Virus record (IMG/VR): IMGVR_UViG_3300008114_000011
DNA length: 64,000 nt
Reading direction: 5' to 3' (one strand)
DNA from: a virus
Lineage: Duplodnaviria > Heunggongvirae > Uroviricota > Caudoviricetes
A program made the position numbers and the translations under genes. Each line of letters opens with the position of its first letter. Positions within the stretch are counted from its first letter, which is position 1. Below are positions 46,405-56,024 of the stretch, piece after piece. The notes beneath the pieces are model-generated. The model did no database searches and was not told where the DNA came from. It saw only the letters and a list, made by a program, of their open reading frames with translations.

Positions 46405-47193
46405 ATGGGAAAACATTATTTATATAAACATATAAGAAATGATAGTAATATCATTTTCTATATTGGTATAGGGACAAAAAATAAATCTGATATAACTTAT
46501 AATAAGTATAGTAGGGCTTTTAATAAAAAAAGGAGAAATAAACATTGGTTAAATACAGTTTCTTTATTGAATGATGATTATTCAATTGAGATAGTATGTG
46601 AGACCGATGATTATGAATATGTGAAAAGTCTAGAAAAAAATCTGATTTTATTTTATGGTAGAAAGGATCTAGGTTTAGGTAATTTAGTAAATATGACAGA
46701 TGGTGGTGATGGTCAAATAAAAAGAGTTTGGAGTGAAGAGTCTAGGAAGAAGGCATCTAAATCACACATTGGTAAAGTAATTGATGGTGAGTGGAAGAAA
46801 AATTTAATAAAAGCTAGATTTGGAAATAAATCACATTCTGGTCGAACTTTTTCAGATGAACATAGAAAAAAAATATCAGAAGCAGGTAAGGGAAAAATAC
46901 CTTGGAATAAGAATAGAGAATTATCCAATGATGAGATTGAAAAAATAAAAAAGGGTATAGAAGAAAATAAAAAAATTTGTTATATTTGTAATGTTGAGTG
47001 TGACTCTGCTAATTATAATAGATGGCATGGTGATAAATGTGAGATGGGATCTATTTTAGATAGGGTTGATGAGATAAAGGATTTATTGTATAATAAAGTT
47101 CCTTTACTTAGGATTAGTAGAGTTTTAGGAATAAAGTATAAATTATTGAGAAGATTAAAAGAGTCAGTTTTATTTAAAGAAGAATTATTATGA
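46405..47193 (+). CDS. GIY-YIG homing endonuclease with NUMOD3 repeats (I-TevI-like)
   Basis: YLYKHI..IIFYIGIG..R..NKHW GIY-YIG core; repeated SEESRKKASKSHIGK / SDEHRKKISEAGKGK. Confidence 0.8.
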   Translation: MGKHYLYKHIRNDSNIIFYIGIGTKNKSDITYNKYSRAFNKKRRNKHWLNTVSLLNDDYSIEIVCETDDYEYVKSLEKNLILFYGRKDLGLGNLVNMTDGGDGQIKRVWSEESRKKASKSHIGKVIDGEWKKNLIKARFGNKSHSGRTFSDEHRKKISEAGKGKIPWNKNRELSNDEIEKIKKGIEENKKICYICNVECDSANYNRWHGDKCEMGSILDRVDEIKDLLYNKVPLLRISRVLGIKYKLLRRLKESVLFKEELL

Positions 47194-47963
47194 AATATTT
47201 AAAAAAGAAATATCCGGATGGTAGCTTTTATGTTGAAGTAGAGGATTTTAGTGAACCTATAATAACCGAAAGAATAAATTCATATGAGGACCTTTTTTTC
47301 ATAAAATCCATCAAAGAGGTTTGTGATTTTAATGGAATTAAAGATGTTGAGTTATTTATACCATGTATGTTTCAACAGCAACATGACCGTAGATTTTTTG
47401 ATAATCAATCATTTGAACTAAAGATAGTTTGTGACTTTATCAACTCATGTAATTTTAGTAAAGTTTATGTTTTCCATCCACATTCTGATTCCACTCAAAT
47501 GGGATTGAATAATATTAGAGTTGTTGATAATTCTAAATTTATATCAAGTGTTTTAAGTAGAATTGATTCTAATCCAATATTATTTTCAACAGATGCTGGT
47601 TCATTTAAATGGATAAATAAATTAGTTGATAAAATAGGATTTAATGGTGATGTTTATTGTGCTAGTAAGTCTAGAGATTTAAAAACACATGATTTGAAGC
47701 AAGTTATTGATTGTTCTGATTTTGGTGGTAGAGATATATTAGTATTGGATGATTTATGTGTAAAGGGTGGTACATTTATAGGTCTATTGAATATGTTAAA
47801 GGAGAGAAATGTTGGTAAGATATACTTAGCAGTTAGTCATATGACTATTCAAGATCCAAATACAAGTCTTGAGTGTTATGATAAGATATTTACTACTAAT
47901 AGTAAGTATGACTATTATGTTCTAAATAATTTAGAATTGATTGATTATAAAAGTATTATATAA
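47190..47963 (+). CDS. ribose-phosphate pyrophosphokinase (Prs)-like phosphoribosyltransferase-fold enzyme; possibly a phage Adps-type ADPR pyrophosphokinase
   Basis: FHPHSD (cf. Prs MDLHADQ), PRPP-binding loop ILVLDDLCVKGGTF, LAVSHMT. Confidence 0.65.
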   Translation: MKYLKKKYPDGSFYVEVEDFSEPIITERINSYEDLFFIKSIKEVCDFNGIKDVELFIPCMFQQQHDRRFFDNQSFELKIVCDFINSCNFSKVYVFHPHSDSTQMGLNNIRVVDNSKFISSVLSRIDSNPILFSTDAGSFKWINKLVDKIGFNGDVYCASKSRDLKTHDLKQVIDCSDFGGRDILVLDDLCVKGGTFIGLLNMLKERNVGKIYLAVSHMTIQDPNTSLECYDKIFTTNSKYDYYVLNNLELIDYKSII

Positions 47964-47968
47964 AAGAT

Positions 47969-48826
47969 ATGAAAAACTTTAAAATAGGAGGTGTTCCCGA
48001 ACACTTCAACTTACCTTGGCGTTTAGCCATTGAAGAAGGAAGATTAAATGATTTAGATGTAAATCTACACTGGTCTGATATGACTGGTGGTACTGGTCAA
48101 ATGATTAAAGGTTTACAAGCAGGTTCAATTGACATCGCAGTTCTTCTTACTGAAGGAATTACAAAAGCAATTTTAGATGGTTTGGATGCCAAAATATTAA
48201 CAGTTTATGTTAAAAGTCCATTACGATGGGGTATTCACGTACCTTTTAATTCAGAAATGAAAACTTCTGATGATATCAAAGGTAAAACATTTGCTATCTC
48301 AAGAGAAGGTTCTGGTTCACACTTAATGGCTTATGTAAACTCATTTCAAAGAGGTTGGAATACCGATGATTTAAAGTTTGAAGTTGTTGGTGATGTTTAT
48401 GGTGGTTTATGGGCTTTAGAGAATGGGCAGTCTGATGTTTTCTTATGGGAAAAGTTTACAACTTATCCATTTGTTAAAGCAGAGAAATGTAAATGTATCG
48501 GTGAAGTTGTAACACCTTGGCCCTGTTTCGTAGTTGCTGTTAGAAACGAGATCTATGAACAACACAAAGATTTGTTAAGAGAAGTTATGAAAGTCGTTGG
48601 TGGTGTCGCAAATGAGATTAAAAACCCATCATTACATGATTTCTATTCAAATGAAATTTCTTGGAGATATAACTTAGAAAAAGATCAAGCTTCTACTTGG
48701 TTGAATGAAGTAGAATGGAACTACACTGGTGATAATGATGTTAATGATTATGAATTAGTAGTTGATTATCTACAAAAAATATCTCTTATTGAAGAAAATA
48801 AAGACTGGAAATCTAAATTATTTTAG
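47969..48826 (+). CDS. NMT1/THI5-like (periplasmic-binding-fold) protein, tentative
   Basis: FKIGGVPEHFNLPW N-terminus resembles the NMT1/ThiY/THI5 family; weak. Confidence 0.35.
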   Translation: MKNFKIGGVPEHFNLPWRLAIEEGRLNDLDVNLHWSDMTGGTGQMIKGLQAGSIDIAVLLTEGITKAILDGLDAKILTVYVKSPLRWGIHVPFNSEMKTSDDIKGKTFAISREGSGSHLMAYVNSFQRGWNTDDLKFEVVGDVYGGLWALENGQSDVFLWEKFTTYPFVKAEKCKCIGEVVTPWPCFVVAVRNEIYEQHKDLLREVMKVVGGVANEIKNPSLHDFYSNEISWRYNLEKDQASTWLNEVEWNYTGDNDVNDYELVVDYLQKISLIEENKDWKSKLF

Positions 48827-48862
48827 AGGTAATAGGTTCTTATATATATAAGTATAAAAGAA

Positions 48863-49846
48863 GTGATACTTATGTTAGAAGAATTTATAAAAAAATCGAT
48901 AGTTAAATTTGGTAATAAATTTGATTATAGTAAGTTTAATTATGTGAATGCTAAAACTAAATCTATAATCATATGCCCAGTACATAAAGATTTTTTTCAA
49001 ACACCTGATAAGCATTTACGTTCAAAATATGGATGTAAATTATGTTGGGAAATTGAAAAAAAGAAAATAAAAAGAGATTATGTAAAGGGTCCAAATATCA
49101 TTTCAAAAGATGAGTTCTTGGGTAGATGTTATGAGAAGTTTGGTGATAAATTCAAATACGATTTATCAAACTACAATGGGTTTGTTGGTGATTATATAAA
49201 AATAACTTGTTCAGAACATGGTGATTTTTATACAAAACCGAATATACATTTATTAAGTAATAACACCTATGGGTGTAAATTATGTGCTAATGATAATAGA
49301 GTACTCAATAAAACACAAACCTATGATGATGTTATAGAAAAATTATCAAATATTTATAATGATAAATATATTTATCCTGAATATAATAGAGATACTTATA
49401 TTAACAAGAGGTCGAAAATAGATATAATTTGTCCGGATCATGGGCTATTTGTTAAGAGTGTTCAAAAACACCAAAGCGGTCAATATTGTTTTGAGTGTAA
49501 AATTAAGAATATGGTTTTTAATAATATTTTAGTTGGTGGTTACACTGAGAAATTATTTGAAGATAAACCAGAATTAAAGGATAAAAAATCTAAATTATAT
49601 TATTTGAGAATAAATAATGGTGATTATTATAAAATAGGAATAACAACAGTTTCGGTTGAAAGTAGAATAAAGTCATTGAAGAGTAAATCTAAAGGTTTTA
49701 TAAAAGATGTTGAGATTTTATTTGAAAAGGAAATGTCTTTATATGAATCATATATCATGGAGAGTAAAATATTAAATGATAATATAGATAGTAGAGTTTA
49801 TAAAAAATGGAGTACTGAAATTTTCAACAAAAATGTTTTGGAATAA
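48863..49846 (+). CDS. homing-endonuclease-like protein: three zinc-ribbon modules plus C-terminal T5orf172/GIY-YIG-like domain
   Basis: three CP-xHG-x-F..H..GC-xxC repeats; KLYYLRINNGDYYKIGITT..R C-domain. Confidence 0.5.
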   Translation: MILMLEEFIKKSIVKFGNKFDYSKFNYVNAKTKSIIICPVHKDFFQTPDKHLRSKYGCKLCWEIEKKKIKRDYVKGPNIISKDEFLGRCYEKFGDKFKYDLSNYNGFVGDYIKITCSEHGDFYTKPNIHLLSNNTYGCKLCANDNRVLNKTQTYDDVIEKLSNIYNDKYIYPEYNRDTYINKRSKIDIICPDHGLFVKSVQKHQSGQYCFECKIKNMVFNNILVGGYTEKLFEDKPELKDKKSKLYYLRINNGDYYKIGITTVSVESRIKSLKSKSKGFIKDVEILFEKEMSLYESYIMESKILNDNIDSRVYKKWSTEIFNKNVLE

Positions 49847-49881
49847 TAGAATAATTATTATCTTTATAAAAAATAAAAACT

Positions 49882-51462
49882 ATGAACTTTTTAGAAATTT
49901 ATTATACCGATGTGTATAAAACAGGACACAAACCAATGCTACCAGTGGGTAGTGTTTTGATGCAATCAAATTTTACACCAAGGAGTGGTAAATATAGCAA
50001 TTGTCCAAATAATGGTAAAATTGTTTCGTTTGGTCAACAAATGATGGTGAGAAAAATGAAACAAGATTGGGATGTTAACTTTTTTCAAAGACCAATTGAA
50101 GAAATCGATCAATTTGGGAAGGATTTAACAGATATGTTAATGCTGAGTGATCCTTTTGATGTTACTCACTTCAAAGAACTACATAAATTGGGATATCTTC
50201 CGATTGAGTTTAGAGCAATCACTGAAGGTGAGAGAATTCCGTATAAAATACCATTATCGACTATCGTTAATACTAAACCTTTAAATGGTCAAGTTTTTGA
50301 CTGGATAGTTAATTACTTAGAAACTATTAATTCTGCTGAATCTTGGCAAGCACCAACTTCAGCGACGCTATCATTCGCATTAAGAGAGTTATCAACAAAG
50401 TGGATCACAAAAACAGATCCGGAGAGTTTGTGGTTTGTTGACTATCAAAATCATGATTTCTCAATGAGAGGTATGGGTGGTAAATCAGCTATTGTTAATA
50501 GTGGTTTAGGATTTGCTACTTGTTCGAGAGGTTCAGATACACTACCTGTTATACCAGCTGCTAGAATGTATTATGATGAAAAAGATGTTTGTATCAACTC
50601 TGTTATCGCATCTGAACATGCTATTATGTGTTCATTGACTGGATTTTTCATTAAGACTAAAGATGGTTCTTGGGATAAGGTTGGTAACTTTGAAGTTGAG
50701 ACATTTAGGTATTTATTAAGAACTTTTCCAACTGGAATATTGTCATTAGTATCTGATACTTGGGATTTATGGAGAGTTATTACGGAGTACTGTCAAATAT
50801 TAAAAGATGAAATTTTAGCAAGAGATGGCAAACTTGTTATCCGTCCTGACTCTGGTGATCCAGTAGATATTATTTGTGGTAGCATAACTCCAGATATGTC
50901 TTCTTATAATGAAAGATACAAACAACCTCAATATAAAGGTGTTATCGAGTTATTATGGGATATCTTTGGTGGTACTGAAACATCAACCGGATATAAAAAA
51001 TTAGACTCACACATTGGTGCTATCTATGGTGACTCTATTAACTATAAGAGAGCTGAGAGTATTTATGAAAGATTATCAGCTAAAGGATTTGCAACAACAA
51101 ACATCGTTCTCGGTGTGGGATCCTATTCACTTCAGATGGTAACACGCGATACACATGGTATGGCTCAAAAAGCAACCTACATCGAAATTGAAGTTGATGG
51201 TGATGTTGAAGGTATCAACATCTTTAAAGACCCTATCACTGATGATGGTACTAAAAAATCAGCAACTGGATTACTAAAAGTAGTTAAAGTTGATGGTGAG
51301 TTTACATTAATTGATAAATGTACTTGGGATGATGTTAACTCGGAAGATAATGAGCTGAAAGTTATCTTCAAAGATGGTAAGTTCTATAACGAAACGACTT
51401 TGACCATCATACGTGGGAAGTTAGAGGATCTTGTTTCTAAAGAACAACCTGAATTAGTTTAA
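49882..51462 (+). CDS. nadV: nicotinamide phosphoribosyltransferase (NAMPT/NadV) family
   Basis: TDVYKTGH, IRPDSGDPVD and NIFKDPITDDGTKKSATGLL match NAMPT blocks. Confidence 0.85.
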   Translation: MNFLEIYYTDVYKTGHKPMLPVGSVLMQSNFTPRSGKYSNCPNNGKIVSFGQQMMVRKMKQDWDVNFFQRPIEEIDQFGKDLTDMLMLSDPFDVTHFKELHKLGYLPIEFRAITEGERIPYKIPLSTIVNTKPLNGQVFDWIVNYLETINSAESWQAPTSATLSFALRELSTKWITKTDPESLWFVDYQNHDFSMRGMGGKSAIVNSGLGFATCSRGSDTLPVIPAARMYYDEKDVCINSVIASEHAIMCSLTGFFIKTKDGSWDKVGNFEVETFRYLLRTFPTGILSLVSDTWDLWRVITEYCQILKDEILARDGKLVIRPDSGDPVDIICGSITPDMSSYNERYKQPQYKGVIELLWDIFGGTETSTGYKKLDSHIGAIYGDSINYKRAESIYERLSAKGFATTNIVLGVGSYSLQMVTRDTHGMAQKATYIEIEVDGDVEGINIFKDPITDDGTKKSATGLLKVVKVDGEFTLIDKCTWDDVNSEDNELKVIFKDGKFYNETTLTIIRGKLEDLVSKEQPELV

Positions 51463-51512
51463 TTTAAACAAGGCACCAAACTTGTAAACTAATTTCTTTA
51501 TTCACTCGTTAA

Positions 51513-51541
51513 AAAACCCACTCAATTGAGTGGGTTTTTTG
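51513..51541. terminator. bidirectional rho-independent terminator between convergent genes
   Basis: AAAACCCACTCA-AT-TGAGTGGGTTTTTT. Confidence 0.7.
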
Positions 51542-51548
51542 TTTATAG

Positions 51549-51932
51549 TTATTCAAATATAGATACTTTTATTTGTGGATTTCTAATAAGTTCTCCATAT
51601 TCCATACCATCATCATATGTTATTACACATTCGTAATTTGGATATTCATCTTTTACTTTTTTAATACCACTATTTATATCATTCATTATATCTTTTGTAA
51701 TTTGGAGATCTTTTATATAATCTTCAATTTTCATAAGAGGTGATCCATCCCAATTATTTCGATAATCTACTTTTGGCTCTGGTAACTTTTCAAACTCTAT
51801 TAAAACAAAATCTTCATCATCAATATATTTGATTTTATCAGACTCTATTAAATCAATAAAGCATAATTTTACATAGTCGTAGTCAAAACTATCATCTTCA
51901 ATATTCTCATTAAACTTTTTTAAGTGTTTCAT
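51549..51932 (-). CDS. hypothetical acidic protein with MKHLKKFNEN N-terminus
   Basis: ORF; shared N-terminal motif. Confidence 0.5.
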   Translation of the reverse strand: MKHLKKFNENIEDDSFDYDYVKLCFIDLIESDKIKYIDDEDFVLIEFEKLPEPKVDYRNNWDGSPLMKIEDYIKDLQITKDIMNDINSGIKKVKDEYPNYECVITYDDGMEYGELIRNPQIKVSIFE

Positions 51933-51947
51933 ATTTATCTTTATATT

Positions 51948-53663
51948 TTATGTACAATCTGGACAATCAATTCTACCATCACCATCACATCGATTACACC
52001 AAATTCTACCTTCACCATCACAATCACCACACTCTCTGGTACCATCACCACCACATCTATCACATTCGTTAGTACAGTCACCCTCACATTCAGAACAATC
52101 TTGTTTACCTGATCCACTACAATAAGAACACTCATTTCCCTCATCATCTTCTCCAGTTCCATCACAACTAGAACAGTCTTCTTTTCCAGTTCCTTCGCAG
52201 TTATCACAAGGTAGAGTACCGTGTCCATCACAATTAGAACATTCTACTTCACCAGAGGCACCACATTCTTCACAATCATATCTTCCATCACCCTCACATT
52301 CATAGCAATCAATTCTTTCATCACCACCACATCTTTCACATTCTTCTCCATTACCACCATCAGTTTCTCTTAGTTCGTAATAGTTACTATTTATTACTAA
52401 TTTTTGCTCATTTGTTAAGAATCCATAATCCCATTCATAATAACAAAGAGTATCTAAATAAGGGTATTTACTAAAGCCGTTCATTTCTAAATCAACTTTA
52501 ATTGTTCCGATGTTTGAATCAGAACCATTAAACATAAACTCTTCCTCTGAAATATTTTGATTTTTCTTATAAACATATCCCATTTTAATTGCGTATTTAA
52601 TAAACAATTCTTGGTCTGGTGAATTACTCACATAAATTCTATCCATAAATGGTTTTCCTTCTGATTCGGTATGTTTTACTAAATTATATTTCGTTATTAC
52701 TCCTTCATCATCACCACCATCCCATGGCATATATTCTGGTTTTTTCCAAAGAAGAGCTCTACCTATAATTTTAGTTGGATCTTCTTTAGATTTTAATATA
52801 ACTAATCCAACACTTTTAGGATTTTTAGAATATATGTTTAAGTAGTCTTGACATCTAGCATGTCTCATACAAGATGCTCCTAAAGTATGATTACCACCTC
52901 GATAATAATTACCTTCATAATAAAACTTTTTAATATCATCACCTTCAACCAATTCAAAATCAGAGAATATATTTTCTTTTTTAGCTTTAGTGGCAATTGA
53001 AAACTTAGTTACAAAATCTTCAACTTCAGTTCCTTTAACTTCTTTACCAGCTTTCTTCAATAGTGATTGAACGAATGATCCAACTCTAACTTCTTGTGAG
53101 GAAACCGCTCCCTCACCAATTTTAAGACCATAATCTTCAATGATAAGATCAATATTCTCACCACTTCTATTAAATCTTATATGATAAATTTTACGTCCTT
53201 GATCAAGATACCATTTTAATCTATTTTTTACATCCTCATCATTAAAATCATCAATACTTGTTATCTGTTTAGTAATAGTAGCTTTTTGGTTTCTTTGAAG
53301 TAATTCATACCAATTCAAAAAACCTTTTTCGACTCTTGGATCTTCAAATAATTTAGCAAATGATGTAAATATTTCTTTTGATAAGATAGACAATGATGCG
53401 CCAAAATCAATTATAACACAAGAGTTTTTAGACTTTTTATCGGATTTAAATTGTATAAAGTTGTCTTTATCATCAGAAATATCAATAAAGTTTGTATCAA
53501 CATCAACGTCAACACCCTCTAAATCTAAAATCTCTTTTGAAAGTGGACTATTAACCGACTTCAAAATTTCTTTGAAATCATCTTTATAAACCATATTACC
53601 TTCAAGTAGTAAATTGAGTTTACTCTCGTTTAGGAAACTATCATATCTTAAAATATTACTCAT
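51948..53663 (-). CDS. hypothetical protein, paralog of 61155..62276, with C-terminal array of ~12 DnaJ-type CxxCxGxG zinc-finger units
   Basis: shared core GxSCM..GRALLWKKP..FMDRIYV..KYPYLDTLC; tail CERCGGD..CYECEGDG..CEECGASG.. Confidence 0.6.
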   Translation of the reverse strand: MSNILRYDSFLNESKLNLLLEGNMVYKDDFKEILKSVNSPLSKEILDLEGVDVDVDTNFIDISDDKDNFIQFKSDKKSKNSCVIIDFGASLSILSKEIFTSFAKLFEDPRVEKGFLNWYELLQRNQKATITKQITSIDDFNDEDVKNRLKWYLDQGRKIYHIRFNRSGENIDLIIEDYGLKIGEGAVSSQEVRVGSFVQSLLKKAGKEVKGTEVEDFVTKFSIATKAKKENIFSDFELVEGDDIKKFYYEGNYYRGGNHTLGASCMRHARCQDYLNIYSKNPKSVGLVILKSKEDPTKIIGRALLWKKPEYMPWDGGDDEGVITKYNLVKHTESEGKPFMDRIYVSNSPDQELFIKYAIKMGYVYKKNQNISEEEFMFNGSDSNIGTIKVDLEMNGFSKYPYLDTLCYYEWDYGFLTNEQKLVINSNYYELRETDGGNGEECERCGGDERIDCYECEGDGRYDCEECGASGEVECSNCDGHGTLPCDNCEGTGKEDCSSCDGTGEDDEGNECSYCSGSGKQDCSECEGDCTNECDRCGGDGTRECGDCDGEGRIWCNRCDGDGRIDCPDCT

Positions 53664-53753
53664 AACTTATATATAAAAATGTTTAACTTAAAAAAATTTT
53701 TTCACATTTTATGAAAAGAAACTTTTCGATTTTGATAATAAATATATACTATT

Positions 53754-54587
53754 ATGGAAAAGGGATATATTTATAAAATAATTTCACCAACTAACAGGAT
53801 TTATATTGGTAAAACTTTTAATTTGGAAAAGAGAGTAAGATCTTATAAAGGTTTATGGTGTAAAAAACAAAGAGTTTTGTATAAATCATTAGTTAAATAT
53901 GGTTGGGATAAACATAGTTTTGAGATACTATTTGAAGATTTTTGTAGTGAGGAATATTTATCTGAGTTGGAGACAAAGTATATAATTGAATATAATAGTT
54001 TTCGAAGATACAACTATAAATTTGGAATGAATTTAACTCTTGGTGGTGAAGGATCTTGTGGATTAAAACATACGGATAAAACTAAAAAAATGATATCCGA
54101 AACTAAGAAAAAGGCTAAAAGAACGGAGAAAGAGATTTTAGCAAGTGAAAAAAGAAGAGGGACTAAGGTTTATAAAAGTGAAGAGTGGATTAAAAATAAC
54201 GCAGAGAGTATAAAAAAACCAATATTGCAATATGATTTGGATGGTAATTTTATCAAAGAATGGAAAAGTGCTAAAGATATTGAATTGGAATTGGGATTTT
54301 CTAGGAAAAACATTTCCTGTAATGTTAGATATAAAAGTAATAGTGCATTTAACTTTATATGGATTTTTAAAAATGCCGATCTTAAAATAGATGATATTCT
54401 AATAAGGAGAAAAAGAGAAAGAAAAAAACCAACTAATAGTATTAAGGTTTTAGATATTGAATGTAATATTGTCTATGATAGTATAATGGATGTAGTTAAA
54501 AATACTAACATGACATATGCTAAAGTTTATCGAGTTATATACAGTAATGATGAGAATAAAAAGTATATTATATATGAAGAGAAATAA
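53754..54587 (+). CDS. GIY-YIG homing endonuclease with NUMOD-type DNA-binding repeats
   Basis: GYIYKI..IYIGKT..R..Y core; HTDKTKKMISETKKKAK repeat. Confidence 0.75.
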   Translation: MEKGYIYKIISPTNRIYIGKTFNLEKRVRSYKGLWCKKQRVLYKSLVKYGWDKHSFEILFEDFCSEEYLSELETKYIIEYNSFRRYNYKFGMNLTLGGEGSCGLKHTDKTKKMISETKKKAKRTEKEILASEKRRGTKVYKSEEWIKNNAESIKKPILQYDLDGNFIKEWKSAKDIELELGFSRKNISCNVRYKSNSAFNFIWIFKNADLKIDDILIRRKRERKKPTNSIKVLDIECNIVYDSIMDVVKNTNMTYAKVYRVIYSNDENKKYIIYEEK

Positions 54588-54978
54588 AATATCTATGGAT
54601 TTTGATAGCACTATGTCACGTAAAGATGTACAAGAATACGCAACCAAACTAGTAAATGAAGGTTATGAAGTTTGGATTGTAACAAGTCGATGTGCTACTG
54701 AACCAGCTTTAGCCAAGGGTTGGTGGTGGGTTGAAAAACAAAATCAAGAGTTATATGATGTTGCTGAATTGGTTGGTATTCCAAGAGAAAGAATACAATT
54801 TACAGAACACGTTGATAAGATTGAGTTTTTAGAAGGTAAAAACTTTATTTTTCATTTAGATGATGATCCGGATGAATTATGGGCTATTATTAGAAGTGGT
54901 GATCCTTGTAAACCGGTAAATGTTGAACATTTTGAATGGTTAGAAACTTGTAAAGAAATTTTAAAAAAATGTAAATAA
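54574..54978 (+). CDS. HAD-like phosphatase/nucleotidase (start uncertain)
   Basis: DxDxT motif ISMDFDSTMS, motif II VWIVTSR. Confidence 0.5.
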   Translation: MKRNKISMDFDSTMSRKDVQEYATKLVNEGYEVWIVTSRCATEPALAKGWWWVEKQNQELYDVAELVGIPRERIQFTEHVDKIEFLEGKNFIFHLDDDPDELWAIIRSGDPCKPVNVEHFEWLETCKEILKKCK

Positions 54979-55133
54979 TATTAAACTTTTTTTTATTTTT
55001 GTAAAAAAAGTAATTATGAATAAGTGTAGAAGTAGAGAAATTAAACCGTTGAAAAGAAGATATAGAAAACAAGTTAAATTTCATAATTATTTGAAAGAAT
55101 TTTTGTTCGATTTAAGAATTTTATTACAGTAAT

Positions 55134-55571
55134 ATGATTAATATAGGTGATAAACAAATAGAATGTTCTGTTCATGTTGTTCAGACATCAAAATTATCAA
55201 ATATAAGACGATTTGATGATACTTATGATATTTTAGGTAAGAATATACCAGGTGGTGAAAATTGTTTATTAGAGTTTCGTATTTTTGATAAAGTAGTTGC
55301 TACTTCTGACTTAGAAGATGAATACCCAAATATCGGATATGATTTTATTTGGACTTGGATTAAAAGTCCAAGTATTAGATCAGTTAAGGTTTCCTATGAT
55401 AGTGATAACAAAGTTAAAATACACAATGGTGTTGTAGTTGTTTCACCAGTTAAAAAGTTATATTCTGAAACAGATGTTATTGATATGTTATCATATGCTT
55501 TAACTAGTGATAGTAGTGAAAATATTAAAGAAAAAATAATTGAAGTGTTGGGTTGGTTTAAAACTAAATAG
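55134..55571 (+). CDS. hypothetical protein
   Basis: ORF. Confidence 0.4.
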   Translation: MINIGDKQIECSVHVVQTSKLSNIRRFDDTYDILGKNIPGGENCLLEFRIFDKVVATSDLEDEYPNIGYDFIWTWIKSPSIRSVKVSYDSDNKVKIHNGVVVVSPVKKLYSETDVIDMLSYALTSDSSENIKEKIIEVLGWFKTK

Positions 55572-55576
55572 TTTTT

Positions 55577-56014
55577 ATGAGGAGTTGGATTTTGTTTTTG
55601 ATTTTTTTACCATTTGTTACTTTCTCTCAATGGAATTTACATGAGGAAGTAACAAGTGGTTTAGATGCTTATAGAGTTGCTGATATTAAATCAGGTAATA
55701 GTGAATTGTTATTACAAGAGTATTATGAAGATGTTATGTTTTGTTTACATGACTCTACTTTTATTTCTGATACACAGACCGTAGTTTTAGAAATAACATA
55801 TGGTTTAGAAACAAAAACTTTTATCCTAAAAGACTTAATTGTTAATGACTATACTATTATACTATCTCCTGATGTAAAAAAAGAAGAATATTTTAATTAT
55901 TTGGAATTATCAAGGTCTATTAAAATTTCTTTAGTAGGAACTTCACCAACAAAGTGTTATCAGTTTAGTACAATAGGTACTATTAATGCTTATAACTACA
56001 TTATAGATTTATAA
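55577..56014 (+). CDS. secreted hypothetical protein (signal peptide)
   Basis: MRSWILFLIFLPFVTFSQ. Confidence 0.45.
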   Translation: MRSWILFLIFLPFVTFSQWNLHEEVTSGLDAYRVADIKSGNSELLLQEYYEDVMFCLHDSTFISDTQTVVLEITYGLETKTFILKDLIVNDYTIILSPDVKKEEYFNYLELSRSIKISLVGTSPTKCYQFSTIGTINAYNYIIDL

Positions 56015-56024
56015 ATTAAGAAAC

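Noticed and set aside
51924-52231. Overlapping ORFs 51924..52112 (+) and 51941..52231 (-), with ITSIT/VVMV low-complexity translations
   Set aside because: They arise from the tandem DNA repeat encoding the CxxCxGxG array of gene 51948..53663.
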